This document shows, in pieces, positions 1 to 13,100 of a stretch of 64,000 nt of DNA. A model generated the notes under the pieces. That model had not been told where the DNA came from and made no database searches. It saw nothing but the letters and a program-made list of their open reading frames with translations. Where the stretch lies: positions 3,658,001 through 3,722,000 of the forward strand of contig NC_088862.1 of assembly GCF_963853765.1 (NCBI RefSeq), written 5' to 3'. The stretch comes from Magallana gigas (lineage: Eukaryota). Made by a program: the position numbers and the translations under genes. Position 1 is the first letter of the stretch. Every line of letters starts with the position of its first letter.

Positions 1-329
1 GGAATATGAGTCTTGGTAAAATGGGTATGCAAACCGGGGCCGTGGCAAAATAAAAGTCAAGGCAGATCGACAATCGTCTATTCCAAATACGCATTATTTT
101 GCAGCAATATTTATAGCGAATACAAATATACTGGTCCATCAAATATCCTGAAATTCTAATGAGATTGGCAGATTAATAACTGCCAATCTATGTTTTGCCC
201 AGGCCAAGTCTTGCCTACCCATTTTACCGAATGCCGAACCCGAAGCTATTAAACTGATTGAAACAAGCCTTTCCTTTATTATTATTTTCGTAATAACTCA
301 GATTTGAAACAGAATTAGACCTTAATTTT

Positions 330-512
330 TGCAATTTATATTTTCCTTCCCATAAGGATAGTTTATGCTAAACTACGCTGAATTGGAATCAGCAGTTCTT
401 GAGAAGAAGATTTTTAAAAATGCACCCCCCTTTTTCTACAGTTTCGAGGTTTTCTCCGCTTTGAATACAGATTGGACTTTTATTTTTGCAATTTATATTC
501 GCCCTCCTATAA

Positions 513-544
<32 letters not shown>

Positions 545-634
545 ATAAGCGGTTTTAGAGAAGAAGTTCAAAATGTAAAAAGTTTACAGATGGACGGACG
601 GACAGACGGACGACGGACAAAATGTGATCAGAAT

Positions 635-670
<36 letters not shown>
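330..670 (-). mobile_element. Non-autonomous Helentron/HINE (DINE-1-like) fragment
   Basis: Terminal stem-loop AGCTCACTTGAGC-TTTC-AGCTCAGGTGAGCT at 635-665 next to an A run, an adjacent (GACG/GACA)n microsatellite, and internal CCAAATTTGGTTGAAATTGG-type repeat sequence. Confidence 0.6.
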
Positions 671-671
<1 letters not shown>

Positions 672-1517
672 CCAAATATTTACAAAATCCCTACCCTCTC
701 TCTATCACTGCACCACAACCACTCTCTTCCACACACACTTAAGTCTTCACAAAATCTCCGAGTGAGGAAACTCCAAGGCCTGATAGATAAGTCAGTGAAA
801 AATTAAAAATCAAGAAGCCCCATGGCTTTGTAGGTTTTTTTCAAAGTCTCTGATCTAACATAATGTATGTAAGCATTTATTTTCATTTCCATCAACTTAC
901 TACCAAAATAAAATGTTGGCCATTAAAGTATGTTCATCAAAGATCAATAACTCTACCAGTACTATGAACAGCCAAGATAACTCATAGTTTAAAGTATAAC
1001 AAGAGCTTGGACTTTCCGTGAGATGTTACCATCTAGTTTGAAAACAAGCTGTCAAATATTAACCTTCTTTCTTCAATTTCACTAAGAGAACCTCATTAAT
1101 ATTCAAAGATAGTCAAAATTGGACAGTTTTCCCCCAGGATCTGCTCTGTTGTGAGGAATTAACACGATTTCAACTGAAATATACAGCCATAGATCTAGTG
1201 AGACAAGCGTCATTGCATTCCATGCATTCATATCTATTAGCCAATGACTGGATAGTTAACTATAAGTACAGATCCCATCTTCATCAAATTGGCATTTATC
1301 TGCCTAAAGTCCAAGCTTCTGGTTGAAACTCAAATAAGAAATGATCCATATTTCCAAATTACAGAACACAGCTAGGATGCATTATCTTTTGTAAGTACAA
1401 TACTTTTTATGTTAAACATGATATAAAAATCTAAGGGCTAGTTAATTTGGATTGTCTATTAGTCGGACTTGCCAGACAGTTTGAAGTTTTTGTGAAGACT
1501 GAACCCCATCCTGTTAC

Positions 1518-4500
1518 CTGCTGACGACCTCTGCTATTTTGGAGTGTTCCTCTGAGGGACTTTTCAATGCTTTCCTTCTGGTTGAGATGTTGTAAAACAA
1601 ATCCTCTACCTTGTAACAGAGATTAAAACATTTGTAAAATAATGGTGTGAAGCTAATGTGAACATTTAAACCAGGGTTTAAATTTTGCATTTAAAATCAT
1701 ATATAGGGTATAAAAAATAAAAGAACTCCTCCATAACTTGACAATGCTACACGTAATGAATTGCAGGGTTCACATCAAATACACAAAATAATTTGATAAA
1801 GAGCACAACTTGCAAAAAATCATCAGATAAAAACTTCCTACAAATATGCACATTTTTCCGTTCGTAAAAACTGTTCATTACTAAAATTCCAACTTCAAAA
1901 GGGCCAAAATTCCCAGAAAAATATTGAAATTGGAATTTCCTGGTAATATGCACATCTACAGATTGTGTCCAAAATACTTACAAAGTTTTACAAAATTTTG
2001 TGCAGCAGTTTAAGAGAAGATGCACTTACCAAAAAAAATGAATGAAAGGTCAAATATGTTAAACCTGTTGCAACTTTGTTGCAAGATATATAAATATATA
2101 AAGGCACTTATGTTGCTCATCCAGTCATGGTATGTAATTTACATGAAGAGGAAACCTTACATGAGGGGAAAATCAAGGTGTAAACTATATATAAAGGGGA
2201 ACAAGGTGTAAACTTTACATGAAGGGAAACAAGGTGTAAACTATAAATGAAGGGGAACAAGGTGTAAACTTTACATGAAGGGAAACAAGGTGTAAACTAT
2301 AAATGAAGGGGAACAAGGTGTAAACTTTAAATGAAAAGGACATCACAATGTTAATTTTACATAAAGGGGAATCAAAGTGAAGTAAAGTCTTAACACAAAA
2401 TGAAGTTGTAGATTATGGGGAAATCAAGGTGTAAACTTTACACCAGGGAATCATGGTGTAATGGGAAATCAAATAAAGTTTTCAAACAACTATGCTATAA
2501 TAAGTGTTTTCAATACAAAGAGGTCATGCAACATGAAAAATTTATACATGAACTAGATATCTGTGAGCCAATGCTCACTAGTGATACCCCTGCTCTGATG
2601 TAAATATACAAAATATGCAAAGTTGTCATTTAACAGGAAGTTGACATCAGAGAGGCACAAAATGGATCTCACCTTATGGCTTGCCTAAACAAAGAGTGTG
2701 TTGAAATTTCATGCGCCAAGAAAAATATGAGTGATAGATATATGGTGGTGCTATATATACTACTGATGTCACATGATTTGAATCCTTTGAAGAGCGAGCC
2801 CGAGTATAATTAGTCAAGAATTATGCTATTGATACTCCGATATGCCGAAGGCTGTATGAAAAGAATGGATCTCACCATATGGCTTGCCTAAACAAAGAGT
2901 GTGTTGAAATTTCAAGCATCTGCAATCAACAGTTGCTGAGAAAAATTACACAGAAATTATGTTACAGACAGACACACAAGGGTAAAACAGTATATCCCTT
3001 CTCCTTCAAAGCAGGGGTAAAAAAACTAGGGCAAGCATACTGTAATTTGAGTTCCAACATTCCCTGCACATGGTTTTACTGGCTCTTTCACTTTACCATC
3101 CACATAACTTCCTCTGGAAAATACAATTAAAGCAAAATAAACAATTCAAACATGAAACAGACTATATATACTCTCATGAAAGTATAATTTACAAGTATAA
3201 TATTTTTCGAAAGTCGAACATCTCGAGGATTTCTATGTATTTTTAACAACCAAATCTTATTCTTATGCAAGGATATGTGTAAGGTAAAGAGAAATCATAT
3301 TTACTTAATAAACTGCATTAATCTCTATAGTATAACGTAGATAGTTTAAAAAGTCAATCATGTTTATGTTGAAAATACATAGAATATTGCCACAATGTAG
3401 CTGCTTATATAAAGAATTATTATACAAAGTATAGAATTGAAAGATAGACAATGACTTCAGTGACAAAAAAACTGACTTGAAAGCACATTTTGAATCAGTC
3501 GTTTTGGTTGTTATGGTGACATGTGCCACATGACTAATACTGGCCAATGCTTCGCCTCGAAATCCATATGTAGCGATAGAGTTCAAGTCCTCAAACTTCT
3601 GCAGTTTACTAGTGGTAAATCTTTCACAAACAATGTCCATATCTTCTTTCTGTAAATAAAATCATGGTGAAATAACCAAGAGGTGACAAACCAACAAGTG
3701 AACAACACATAACCAACCATGGAATGAAATACAATCTCTGTACAACAGAAACACATTTCAGCTTCTTTCATAAGAGATATCACAACAGTTCAACAAATTT
3801 GTAGTCAATGACCCCTAGTTAATGATTTCACTGTTAAAAGGCAATAGGTCATCAGTTGCAAGACCAATCCATTAGAAAACATCACTTTGAAGAGGAGAAT
3901 TCATTAAACTTTACAGAAGTAAAAAATAAATGCTGTCCTCTCTTAAAGGTAAAATAAGAAGAATACTAAAAGAGAACTATCAAGACAAATACAACAGAGC
4001 AGATGATCATCAATAACAAAAAAAATAAAATATTTCTCATAATTTTGTTACTAATTTTAGTTTCATTTGGCCTTATCAATGTTTATTTTTAGAATCACTT
4101 GACCTGATAACTGTGGGTATTTTTAGCATCACTTGACCGGTTATTGTGTCTATTTAAAGTAACACTCACCCTGATCCCTGTGCCGTTATCCTGAATCTGT
4201 AGCAGTTTCAGGCCACCTTGTTTGACAGTGACCTGAATGTTAGAGGACTTGGCATCCAAACTATTAACATAAAATTGTATGTTATATCTTATTACCTTAA
4301 GGTACTTGATATGTATTATAAACCTTATAACAAACTTTTAAAGTGGGTTTCTCTTTAAATATTACGACTCTAAAAAGGAGTCTTAACAAAGAATTCCTTG
4401 GATGGTGCCACAGAGAGTTTGGCATTTAGTAATCAAAAAGAAAAACCAAACTGAGAGGCCTGCAGCACAATCGCTCACAAGCACTTGCCAAAACTGGTTT

Positions 4501-4901
4501 TTCAGGTAAATTTGGTAAGCACTCACAAGTGCCTACTCTGCTGAACACACCTCAGGTGTTTTTCCCTATCAGTTCAAAAAGATTTCAATCTAATTAAAAT
4601 TAGATCCTTCAGGCTCTCGTATTAATATGTCCCTGTGACGTATCACGCAAGTGACGCAACGTATCAAAACTACGGAGCAGATGGAAGTTCTTATTTTAAT
4701 TAGATTGAAAAGATGCGGGCTTTAAGAGTTACGTGGTAACAAGTCAACCCGTTCATGTTAATGTGTTTGCCCTATCAGTTCTCACCTGTTTTCTATCATT
4801 TCCTTGAGGGCGTTGGCCGGCCGCTGGATGACTTCTCCGGCAGCAATGCGGTTGACCACCACTTCATCAAGGCGTTTTATTGTACCAGGCTGGGAAGCCA
4901 T
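1518..4901 (-). CDS. MLH1: DNA mismatch repair protein MLH1, 5' part (GHKL ATPase domain); gene continues beyond the left edge
   Basis: Coding exons 4901-4786, 4260-4170, 3649-3477, 3113-3041 and 1609-1518, all GT-AG and in frame (545 nt). They translate to [181 protein letters not shown] (junction residue K/R at 3477). This carries the MutL/MLH1 signature GFRGEAL. An acceptor (ctttacag) at 4930-4931 implies an upstream non-coding exon. Confidence 0.97.
2140..2460. repeat. Minisatellite, 28-bp unit (AAGGTGTAAACTTTACATGAAGGGAAAC)
   Basis: About 6 well-conserved units with decaying flanks. Confidence 0.85.
2550..3025. mobile_element. HINE-like remnant in an MLH1 intron, containing a 54-bp direct duplication
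   Basis: Begins AACTAGATATCTGTGAGCCAATGCTCAC and ends GGTAAAACAGTATATCCCTTCTCCTTCAAAGCAGGGG. AATGGATCTCACC.TATGGCTTGCCTAAACAAAGAGTGTGTTGAAATTTCA occurs at about 2661-2711 and about 2865-2913. Confidence 0.45.
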
Positions 4902-5188
4902 GACACTTTTTTGTTAGGCTTTTACCTGCCTGTAAAGAGCATTATGTAATTACGTGGCATTTGTAATCACAGTAAATTGCAAACAACATTTGAGAAATCT
5001 TTAACCATGTTAATGACATTAGTTACATTTAGAACTTTCAAAATTTTTCATTTTTAAGCCATTTCAATGCAAAACAGCAGTTTTTAAAAGCCTGAGTGAT
5101 ACAATCACATATTATGATTTAAGTATTAAAAATATTGCAAAACACTCCTTATAATATGGTAAGACAAAAGAAAAACTAATCTAAAAAG

Positions 5189-5639
5189 AGAACAAGAGAT
5201 ATTTGGGAAACATAAATGCCTCCATTCCTTAGAGACATCTGAGAAGAATAAGAACAGAAACTGCAAATAATTTTTCAGTCATAACTCTGTCGAAAATTGC
5301 TCGATCATACCCCAAATAAAACTTAACCTAGATATCATGAAGATAAATCTGTATACCAAATTTCATATCAGTAAGTGCAACCTCTGCAAAGAAATTGAAC
5401 GGAAACCGCAAATAATTAGAATTTTTTACTTTGTACAAGGGGCACAACTCTGTCAAAATTGCTCAATTGTACCCGATATCAAACTTGACCTATAAATTAT
5501 TATGATAAATCTGTAAACCAAATTTCATTTCAATCAATATGTGCAACCTCTGCGAAGAAAATGAACGAAAACTGTTGATAGTCTGACAGATAGACAGCAG
5601 CAAAGCAATATGCCCTCCCTTCTTCAAAGAGGAGCATTA
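5189..5639. mobile_element. HINE-like element with two internal repeat units of about 165 bp
   Basis: Starts AACAAGAGATATTTGGGAAACATAAATGCC. Contains two related units (AACTCTGTC.AAAATTGCTC ... GATAAATCTGTA.ACCAAATTTCAT ... GTGCAACCTCTGC.AAGAAA.TGAACG). Ends CAGACAGCAGCAAAGCAATATGCCCTCCCTTCTTCAAAGAGGAGCAT. Confidence 0.55.
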
Positions 5640-6124
5640 ATATAAAGACTAATATAACAATAAAAAATAGTAGATGAATATCAATTACAAAAAATTACAT
5701 GTACAGAATAATCCATTTTCTTAATTTTGTACACCTGCTTTAATTCTTTCTTAAATTCTAATTTAAATGGCTAGTTTTTTAAAGTAATTTGCAAAACGTC
5801 CTTTTTTTCTTTCGACATTCACAATTTTGTTAACATTTATAAAATTAAATCCTTATATGCGACTGTGTATATGAAAAAAAGAATTCTCCTGAGTGTGAAT
5901 GAGAACGTCTTCAACCCCCCCCCCCCACCCAAATTTAGTAGTACATATACTGGCACAATATTTATAGGCATATTAGAAATGTTCCCAAAATATTTAATGA
6001 ATTATCATGGTTTATACCAAAGTTTTAAGAGTTTGAAGCGATGTACAGTGGAATTAATGTTTAGTTTAATTGTTATGAGCATTATCCCCTATACCCCTCT
6101 CCTTTTATTTTTAATTTAATTAAT

Positions 6125-6195
6125 CCTATAGCTTGATCTGTAGAGTGCTGAATTTGTATGTCAAAGGATCTGGGTTCAAACCCAAGCAGAAGCAA
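6125..6195 (+). mobile_element. Degenerate tRNA-derived (SINE-head-like) sequence; a second at about 6428-6505
   Basis: A-box-like TAGCTTGATCTGTAGAGTG and B-box GGGTTCAAACCC. No intact cloverleaf is evident. Confidence 0.4.
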
Positions 6196-6699
6196 TAGGT
6201 GTCTACAGGTAACAGTTGGTATCCCTGTACGCATGGTAAGGACCTTGGTATTCTCCTGAGTGTGAATGAGAAAGTCTTCAAAATTCCCCCCCCCCCCCCC
6301 CAAATTTCGGCACTCCTGAGATAATAATTCAATGATGACTCTTTTCTATAGAAGGGGGATAATGTGGCAGAGTCAGGTACCTAGCATCCTTACAACCTTT
6401 GCCTACTGCCAGTAGTGGGTTAATTAACCCTTTAGTTCGATTGGTAGAGTACTGGATTTAGTGGATTTGTATACCAAATGACCTAGATTTAATCCCCTGC
6501 AGAGGAATCTTCTGGTTTCGGTGCTCACACTAAACTAAACTATACATGTACATACCACTAAATTTATCCTATACAAATATGTATATGATCTTGGAACTGT
6601 CACTTCTAATGCTATAATCGTCCACTGACATGAGTAGTGCAGTGTAGACAGATATAATTCTCCGTTTTATTTTAACAAAGTCGAAACAAAACTTAATAA

Positions 6700-7145
6700 A
6701 TAGAGAAAAATACACTACCCCCGGAATATGATTTTCGTGTCAACAAACTTTTCTTCCCGCCATCTTTGACATGAGAATTTTTATTTCCACTGCACAGAAG
6801 ATTAATTTTTAGGGACGATAACTCTTTAAGCGTATTTATCTCCTTGGAGATGGTTACTTCTTAGAAAGTAGTTCCGTATTTAAAAATCTATAAAAACAGA
6901 ATATTTATGCAGCCATTATATTTTCTCCAACTTTTAACAATGTTGTTTGCAATAAAATATATATGCAGTTTATCTTTTTGACTTTCACGAGGAAAATAAT
7001 TGGCATTAAGTCTAGAACTCTTTTTAAGCGGAAGGTTTTTTTAGATTGCCATAAACAACATGGCGGACACCTTGCGAAAAACGAAGATGTAAACAAATAA
7101 TTTTCGTCGTAAGATGTAGCCGCTGCATTTAACTATTGTTTCAGT
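6700..7145. promoter_or_regulatory. Probable bidirectional promoter between MLH1 and CFAP221
   Basis: The two genes diverge from here. YY1-like motifs point outward: CCGCCATCTT at 6757-6766 (AAGATGGCGG on -) and AACATGGCGG at 7057-7066. An ETS-like GCGGAAG is at about 7028-7034. CpG density is locally raised. Confidence 0.6.
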
Positions 7146-7168
7146 GGACAGAAGAAACAAAAACAATC

Positions 7169-10100
7169 ATGCCTTCGGTGACTGCTCTAAGCCGGACCAT
7201 ATCGGGTCCTATAGGGCTACACGAGGGCTCTAAAGAATTGCCACTTGTGGAAACTATGCAACTGGTAGAGCCCCGAAGAGAGAAGACTGTACCTAATCAC
7301 CTTCTTGAAACAAGTAATTAGGTTTTCCACATAAAATGAATTGAACTTACAATTTTTTGAAGTTTATTTTATTGATAACTAAACTGTCAAAATACCAAAC
7401 AACAACAATGCTCATTTTATTATACACTCAGTGTTGCAAAAATTAAGCATGTGTACAGTTTGTTTTAATCTATCATATAAGATAGGGTTAGCACACAAAT
7501 TGGTTTTTTTTTTAGGTATATAAGATGAGACCCAAGCTCAGGTCTTTAGATACATAATCATCGTGTTGCGCTTATCAGATAAAATGTTACAAAGTGAAGT
7601 TATGTATCAAAAATATGATATGATATGAAATAAATTTTTTAAATCCCATTATTTTTTTTTCAGAAATATACTCCAAAGTTTCTCAAAATGCCATGGTCCT
7701 GGCTAAACCTGCAATCATACACTTTGGAGGTTTTGAGGTGGATAAGAAACATGTACAATCCTTGCAGATTGTCAATGCCTCCACCGAAGTTATTAATATG
7801 CATATCATTCCCCCACAAACGAAGTACTTCTATATCAAATACAAGAAAATGGTAAGAGTCATACATTAAATTTCTATGTTCAGCAATTCCAAGACACTAG
7901 TCTGAAGGGGGGGGGGATATTACTCAATTTATTTTCTGTATAGTTTACATTGTTTCCCTTACATATCAAATTTGTGCAGATTGAAGTTGGTACAATTTTT
8001 GTCAAAGATTTGACAATTTGTGCATCTTTTGAATATATATTATCAAGTCAGAGATATTTAACAACTTTGAATGTTTTTCAAAATGTGTTTTTAACATCTT
8101 AACATCTGTTCTTTTTCCTATTCAGGAGCGCTTGGTGCCCGGGCTAACCATTGATTGTACGATAGAGTTTAGTCCCGATGAGTGGAGATATTACTATGAT
8201 AGTATTAGAATCAACTGTCCAGTAAGTATCAATATAACTTAGACCAATTTATTTTCTTGAGTTATAACTCTCGTATCTCAAGATCCAGGTGTTTCGTGGC
8301 TATGCATCTTTAATGTAATATTCAGACATCTGAAATCTTAAAAAAAAATTATTCCTTTGTGTTCACCTTGAAGACCTTATCCAGGAAAAAGAAGGGAACA
8401 TAGCTTTAGATTTGAATGCGATATTTCACTCCTGGGTATTATTTTTCAGGGGGAGGAGAATCTGGTGATTCCGATTCATGCCTACCCTGTGATGAGTACC
8501 AAGGACTTCCCCACACAGTTCAGTTTCCCGCCGGTGCCTGTGGGACACAAGTAAGTTTTCCTTTATCTCCACTCCCTAGGGGGATCCTACCACATATCAA
8601 AACAATTATCAACAATAGGATCTCGATCTTGATCTCTCTCTCAGTCTCTATATATATATATTAATTTTTCTGTCTTCCCTCTTTATATCCAATGTTTTCT
8701 TACTGTTTTCCTCAAATTTTATTTTTTTTTATCTCTGCTACTGGATTACATTCTTGTTTTTTCACCTTCTTTATAATCAAGCTAAATAAAATGGTGAAAC
8801 TTGATTTATTACTTAATCTTATAAGTACTTCAAATTTATTTACAAGTGTCACTATTCTGTCTGATTTCATGGTGATTATTTTTTTTCTAGAATGACACAG
8901 TTATTCCCCTTGAGGTGTGAGGGACCAGTTGATTTTGAGTACCAGCTTATCTATGTACAACCCCACCCTTCTTTTACAGTGCACCCAATGAATGGTAAGC
9001 CAAATAATTGACACATGTAATTTAAAAAAATTTGATGGAATTTTTTATATTCATTGCTAATAAAATCAGCTTTCAAATAGTCAAAATACTATCAAATAAA
9101 ACACACACACAACTCTCCTTCAACTTTATTTTATTTAGTTACAAGTGCAAGTATAGTCAGGAATCTTACAGCTCAATCAATCCTATTTTTTTTCTGTACA
9201 TTTGATTAAACTATACTTGTTTTGACAGGAATCATTCCGGCTCACGGACAAACGGAGGTCTCTGTAACGTTTGCTCCTCTGGAGTTCCAGACAGCTCTCA
9301 TGAAGATCCAGCTGACCATTTCTCAGTTTAACTCTCAGCCCATTGTGTGCACATTTACAGGAGTCTCTACCCCTGGGCTGCTGAAGTAAGTCACAAAATT
9401 GGATAGAAAATTATAAACTTTTTCAATTGAAGGGATTCAAATATTTCTACAGAACAGTACATTCTTTTTTTTTTTTTTTTTTTTGGTAAGAAATCATCCA
9501 CTTTGAGAATTGCTTTGAATACTATTCCCAATACAGTTGAACTTCGATATCTCGAACACCGATATCTCGAATACAATGGATATGTCGAAGTCGATATGGA
9601 TAGGTCGAAGTCCCAACCACCTATTTTTCAAGTAATTTACCCTCGAATACTCGGATATCTCGAAGTTTTTCAACAGCCCCCTCTAGTTCGAGATAACAAA
9701 GTTTGACTGTATTTGACTTTTTCACTTTTCCTTCTTTCTTTGACTATTATTTGTAACAAATTATTAATGCCTGTATGTATGATGTGGTTTGTAGAGATAT
9801 CTCCATGCAGAATCAGGAAATTGATGACAACGTCCTTGACCCCCGCTGTCTTTCTCCGCTAGACAGGTCACGGGAGAAGAGGAAGCTGGCCTTCAAGATC
9901 AAACCCAAAGCTACAAAGCAGCAAACTCCACAGGTATAGAAGGAGCACATTATTGGAGAATCATTTAGCTTTTGTAAAGCATAGTGAAAATATTATCTAT
10001 ATCATTTATGTATTCCTGAATGACACTGATACATGCCCTTGTGTTTTGAAATTATATGTAAAAAGTGCGATTTATTTTTTATTCTCTTATAAGTGCAATT

Positions 10101-13100
10101 TTTAATTTCAATGGAAGAAAAAGAAAAATTGCATAGAGAATTTCTTTGTAATGAAACAGTGAAAAAAAAATTAAAACTTTTTGTTAATCTGAATGCCCTT
10201 ATTCTTAGACTATTGAAGAAGGAGCACTTAATGAGGATTATGGTTTTACCTAGTAATGTCTGTTAATGTTAGTAAGCTTAGACAAAAAAAACAGAGTAAA
10301 GAGAGAGAACAGCAGGGAAAATATTAGAATAACAAGAGTAAATATAAAGGAACATAGAGAAGTGATTTTGGTATATATACTATAAAAAAGTAATATTGGA
10401 CAAAAAAGACAGGAGAAAATGTTAGAATAAAATGAAAAGGGTATATACATTTTCAAAGTTATATCTGTAAATTTATTTCACTAGATTCAGGAAGTAGAGT
10501 ACAATGGTGTGAGGTTTCCTCCCAAACTGAACACTCCGTTTGCTGTGGCACAAGTTCTGAACCAGGAGCCCGGGAAGCTCCGAGCCAAGGATCTCCGGGA
10601 TAGTAAGTGCTGCAAAGCCATTTTATCATAGTACTGTCTTTACTTTGAATTTTTCCACTGAGAGAGAGGACAGGAAATTTCAGTGTGTTCCATTATCAAA
10701 TTGCATGGATTTTTTTTTATTTTCAAAACAGCTGTGTTGGCACAGAAACAGACCAATAAGCCAGCCACTCGTCAAATGAAGGTTAGTCTTCTGTGATTTA
10801 CTCAAAAGATGGTATTATGAATGTTAACATTTCTTCCACATAAAAATTAACTTCCAGGGATGAGCTTTGCCAATTATTTATCATTAATGTTCTTTGTCAA
10901 CCTATAAAAAGGTAGACCTAAATTGTAGATTTATTGTTTGTAGTTCATCATATCTTTATCAACATAAGTTATTGAAACTCTAGTACATGTATTAGTTTTT
11001 GAATACTTATTCTGTATTAGGATTGATTTCCTTCTGCAAATTTTTAACTGAAAGTGTGGGTTTCTACTGCATATTACACTAAATGGTTCCTGTATGTTTA
11101 AGAAATTTTATATTTTACACAAAACACCTTTATTTTGTTGTATCTGTTGATTGCATCAGGAAGCCATGTTTGAGCACAAAGTGAGACAGAACGTCTATGA
11201 GGAACGACAGAACCAACTTCGATGGCAGGTCAAACTCGGGGACGATCAGATCACAAACTCGGACCGAGCCCAGATCCTGGAGGACCGAGATCAGTCCTGG
11301 AAGGAATACAAAGTAAGGATTCAGTCAAGTTTACAGAGATATAAAACTACAGGGTACAGGCATGGCCATCTTTAATAGGGGATTGCATAATTTACTTTAT
11401 TCATATCTCTGATACCTAAAATTGTTAATTTTATTGTGTGCATGCGTTGACATAAAGATACTTTCAGTTGAACCTGGGTATCTCAGCAGCCTTAGATGCA
11501 TTTATATATATATATCAATCAATAGGATGCCAAATCAGTGTCTCTTTACATATTTTACCCGTAATATCTCAATTCATTTGATACTTTTATTTATATTTTA
11601 TATTCTTTTTAACTCCATTAAATTAAAGAAAATTGACTGTTATGGTATGCACATGTATATGTGGTCTAATCTCGTAGTGCTAATCTTGCAGGGGCTGAGA
11701 AAAAAGTTTGAGATTATTAAGATTAATTAACTTTAAGATACAGTGTTTGGGACTGCCAATTTGCTTTGATGAAAACATGGTTTGAAACCAAGATACCAGT
11801 TTTAAATGTTTGAGATACCAATATTTAATTTTATTAAAAATGTTTTGTCTCTGGCATTGTATAAGAACAACGTGACAGGATGAAAACTTATTCTTTGATA
11901 TACAGGTTTCCAGACTAATTTCTGATCCTGATGTAAGATTGAAAGTTATTCTTGGGAAAATTTTGTTAATCTGGAAAATGTGATGTTTTAATTATCTAGC
12001 AAAGTGATGTTTCAGATCCAACAACATTTTGTCTGTACCTAATTATCAACATCACATTTTTGTTCAGAACTTTTTGTGAAATTTTGAAGTTGAGTTTTAT
12101 TCTTTGTTCCAATTGTTTTCTCGGTTAATATGCTACTATGTCATTCCTAATGTTTCTTGATTGAAGACAACAAAAGAAAATTTATTTGAGTACTTTGAAA
12201 ACAACCTCAGAGTATATTTTATAGGATAAACTTTTATATATTGTTACGATATATATATGTTTTCTAAAAAAAAAAGTAATAAGTTTTATATTTAGACAAT
12301 ATTAAATTTGCTGATTATCTTTTCAGTAATAAAAAAGTAACTGCAAACAGTATACTTTTTCTATTTTGTGAGCTTGTTTATATCAATTCTCTATTTTTGC
12401 AGTATGATAAAAGGGGAGACCCTGTGATAGAGGAGGAATACAAGCGGACAGAAACCAAATGTACGTTTCGACGTACGTTTCGTGACCACACAGATTTAGC
12501 CCCAGAGACGGCCATGTTTGATACGTACAGTAACGATCTCTGGGCCACTCGGCATGCTGCACTTGGAAAATTTGCTCAAGCTGCCAGAAAGGTAAACAAA
12601 AGATGTCTGAGGGTACCTGTAAAAAATATGTCTAGAATACCTGTCAAAATAGGTTTCTAGAGTACCTGTTTAAATAGATGTCTAGAATACCTGTAAAAAA
12701 AATTGTGGAGTACCTGTTAAAATAGATTATTAGAGAACTTGTTATTTCCCATCTCAAATTTTCTGTTTGTTATAGAATTTGATAATTATTTCTCTTAAAA
12801 TTTATGAGACTTGTCAGTAAACTGGCAACATTTACCTGTATTTCAATCTAGACCGTAGTTCGGTACATGTAGATTGGAAGTAAAAGTGTCATGTTAATTG
12901 AATTCTTTTATCATATGTTATAGGTGGTTATACATATGAGAGCCAACTGGAAGGTCAAGGTCCTGAAGAAGGTCGTCCAGGACATTCTGGAGCAGGAGAG
13001 GAATGTGGAGACAAGGACAGGTGAGAATTGAGGCACTCAAGGGGGCAGTATATCATTAGATATAAAAAAAAAAAGGTGGAAGGGAGTCAAAACAAAAGTG

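Noticed and set aside
1-1517. Next MLH1 exon (equivalent to human exon 7)
   Set aside because: No convincing match found. An exon-like AG...GT segment at about 740-780 (-) does not translate to MLH1-like sequence.
6125-6505. Functional tRNA genes
   Set aside because: The A and B boxes are degenerate and no consistent acceptor or anticodon stems could be drawn.
7060-7092. ATGGCGGAC as the CFAP221 start codon
   Set aside because: It closes after 10 codons and the tested splice to 7145 is out of frame. More likely a YY1 motif or uORF.
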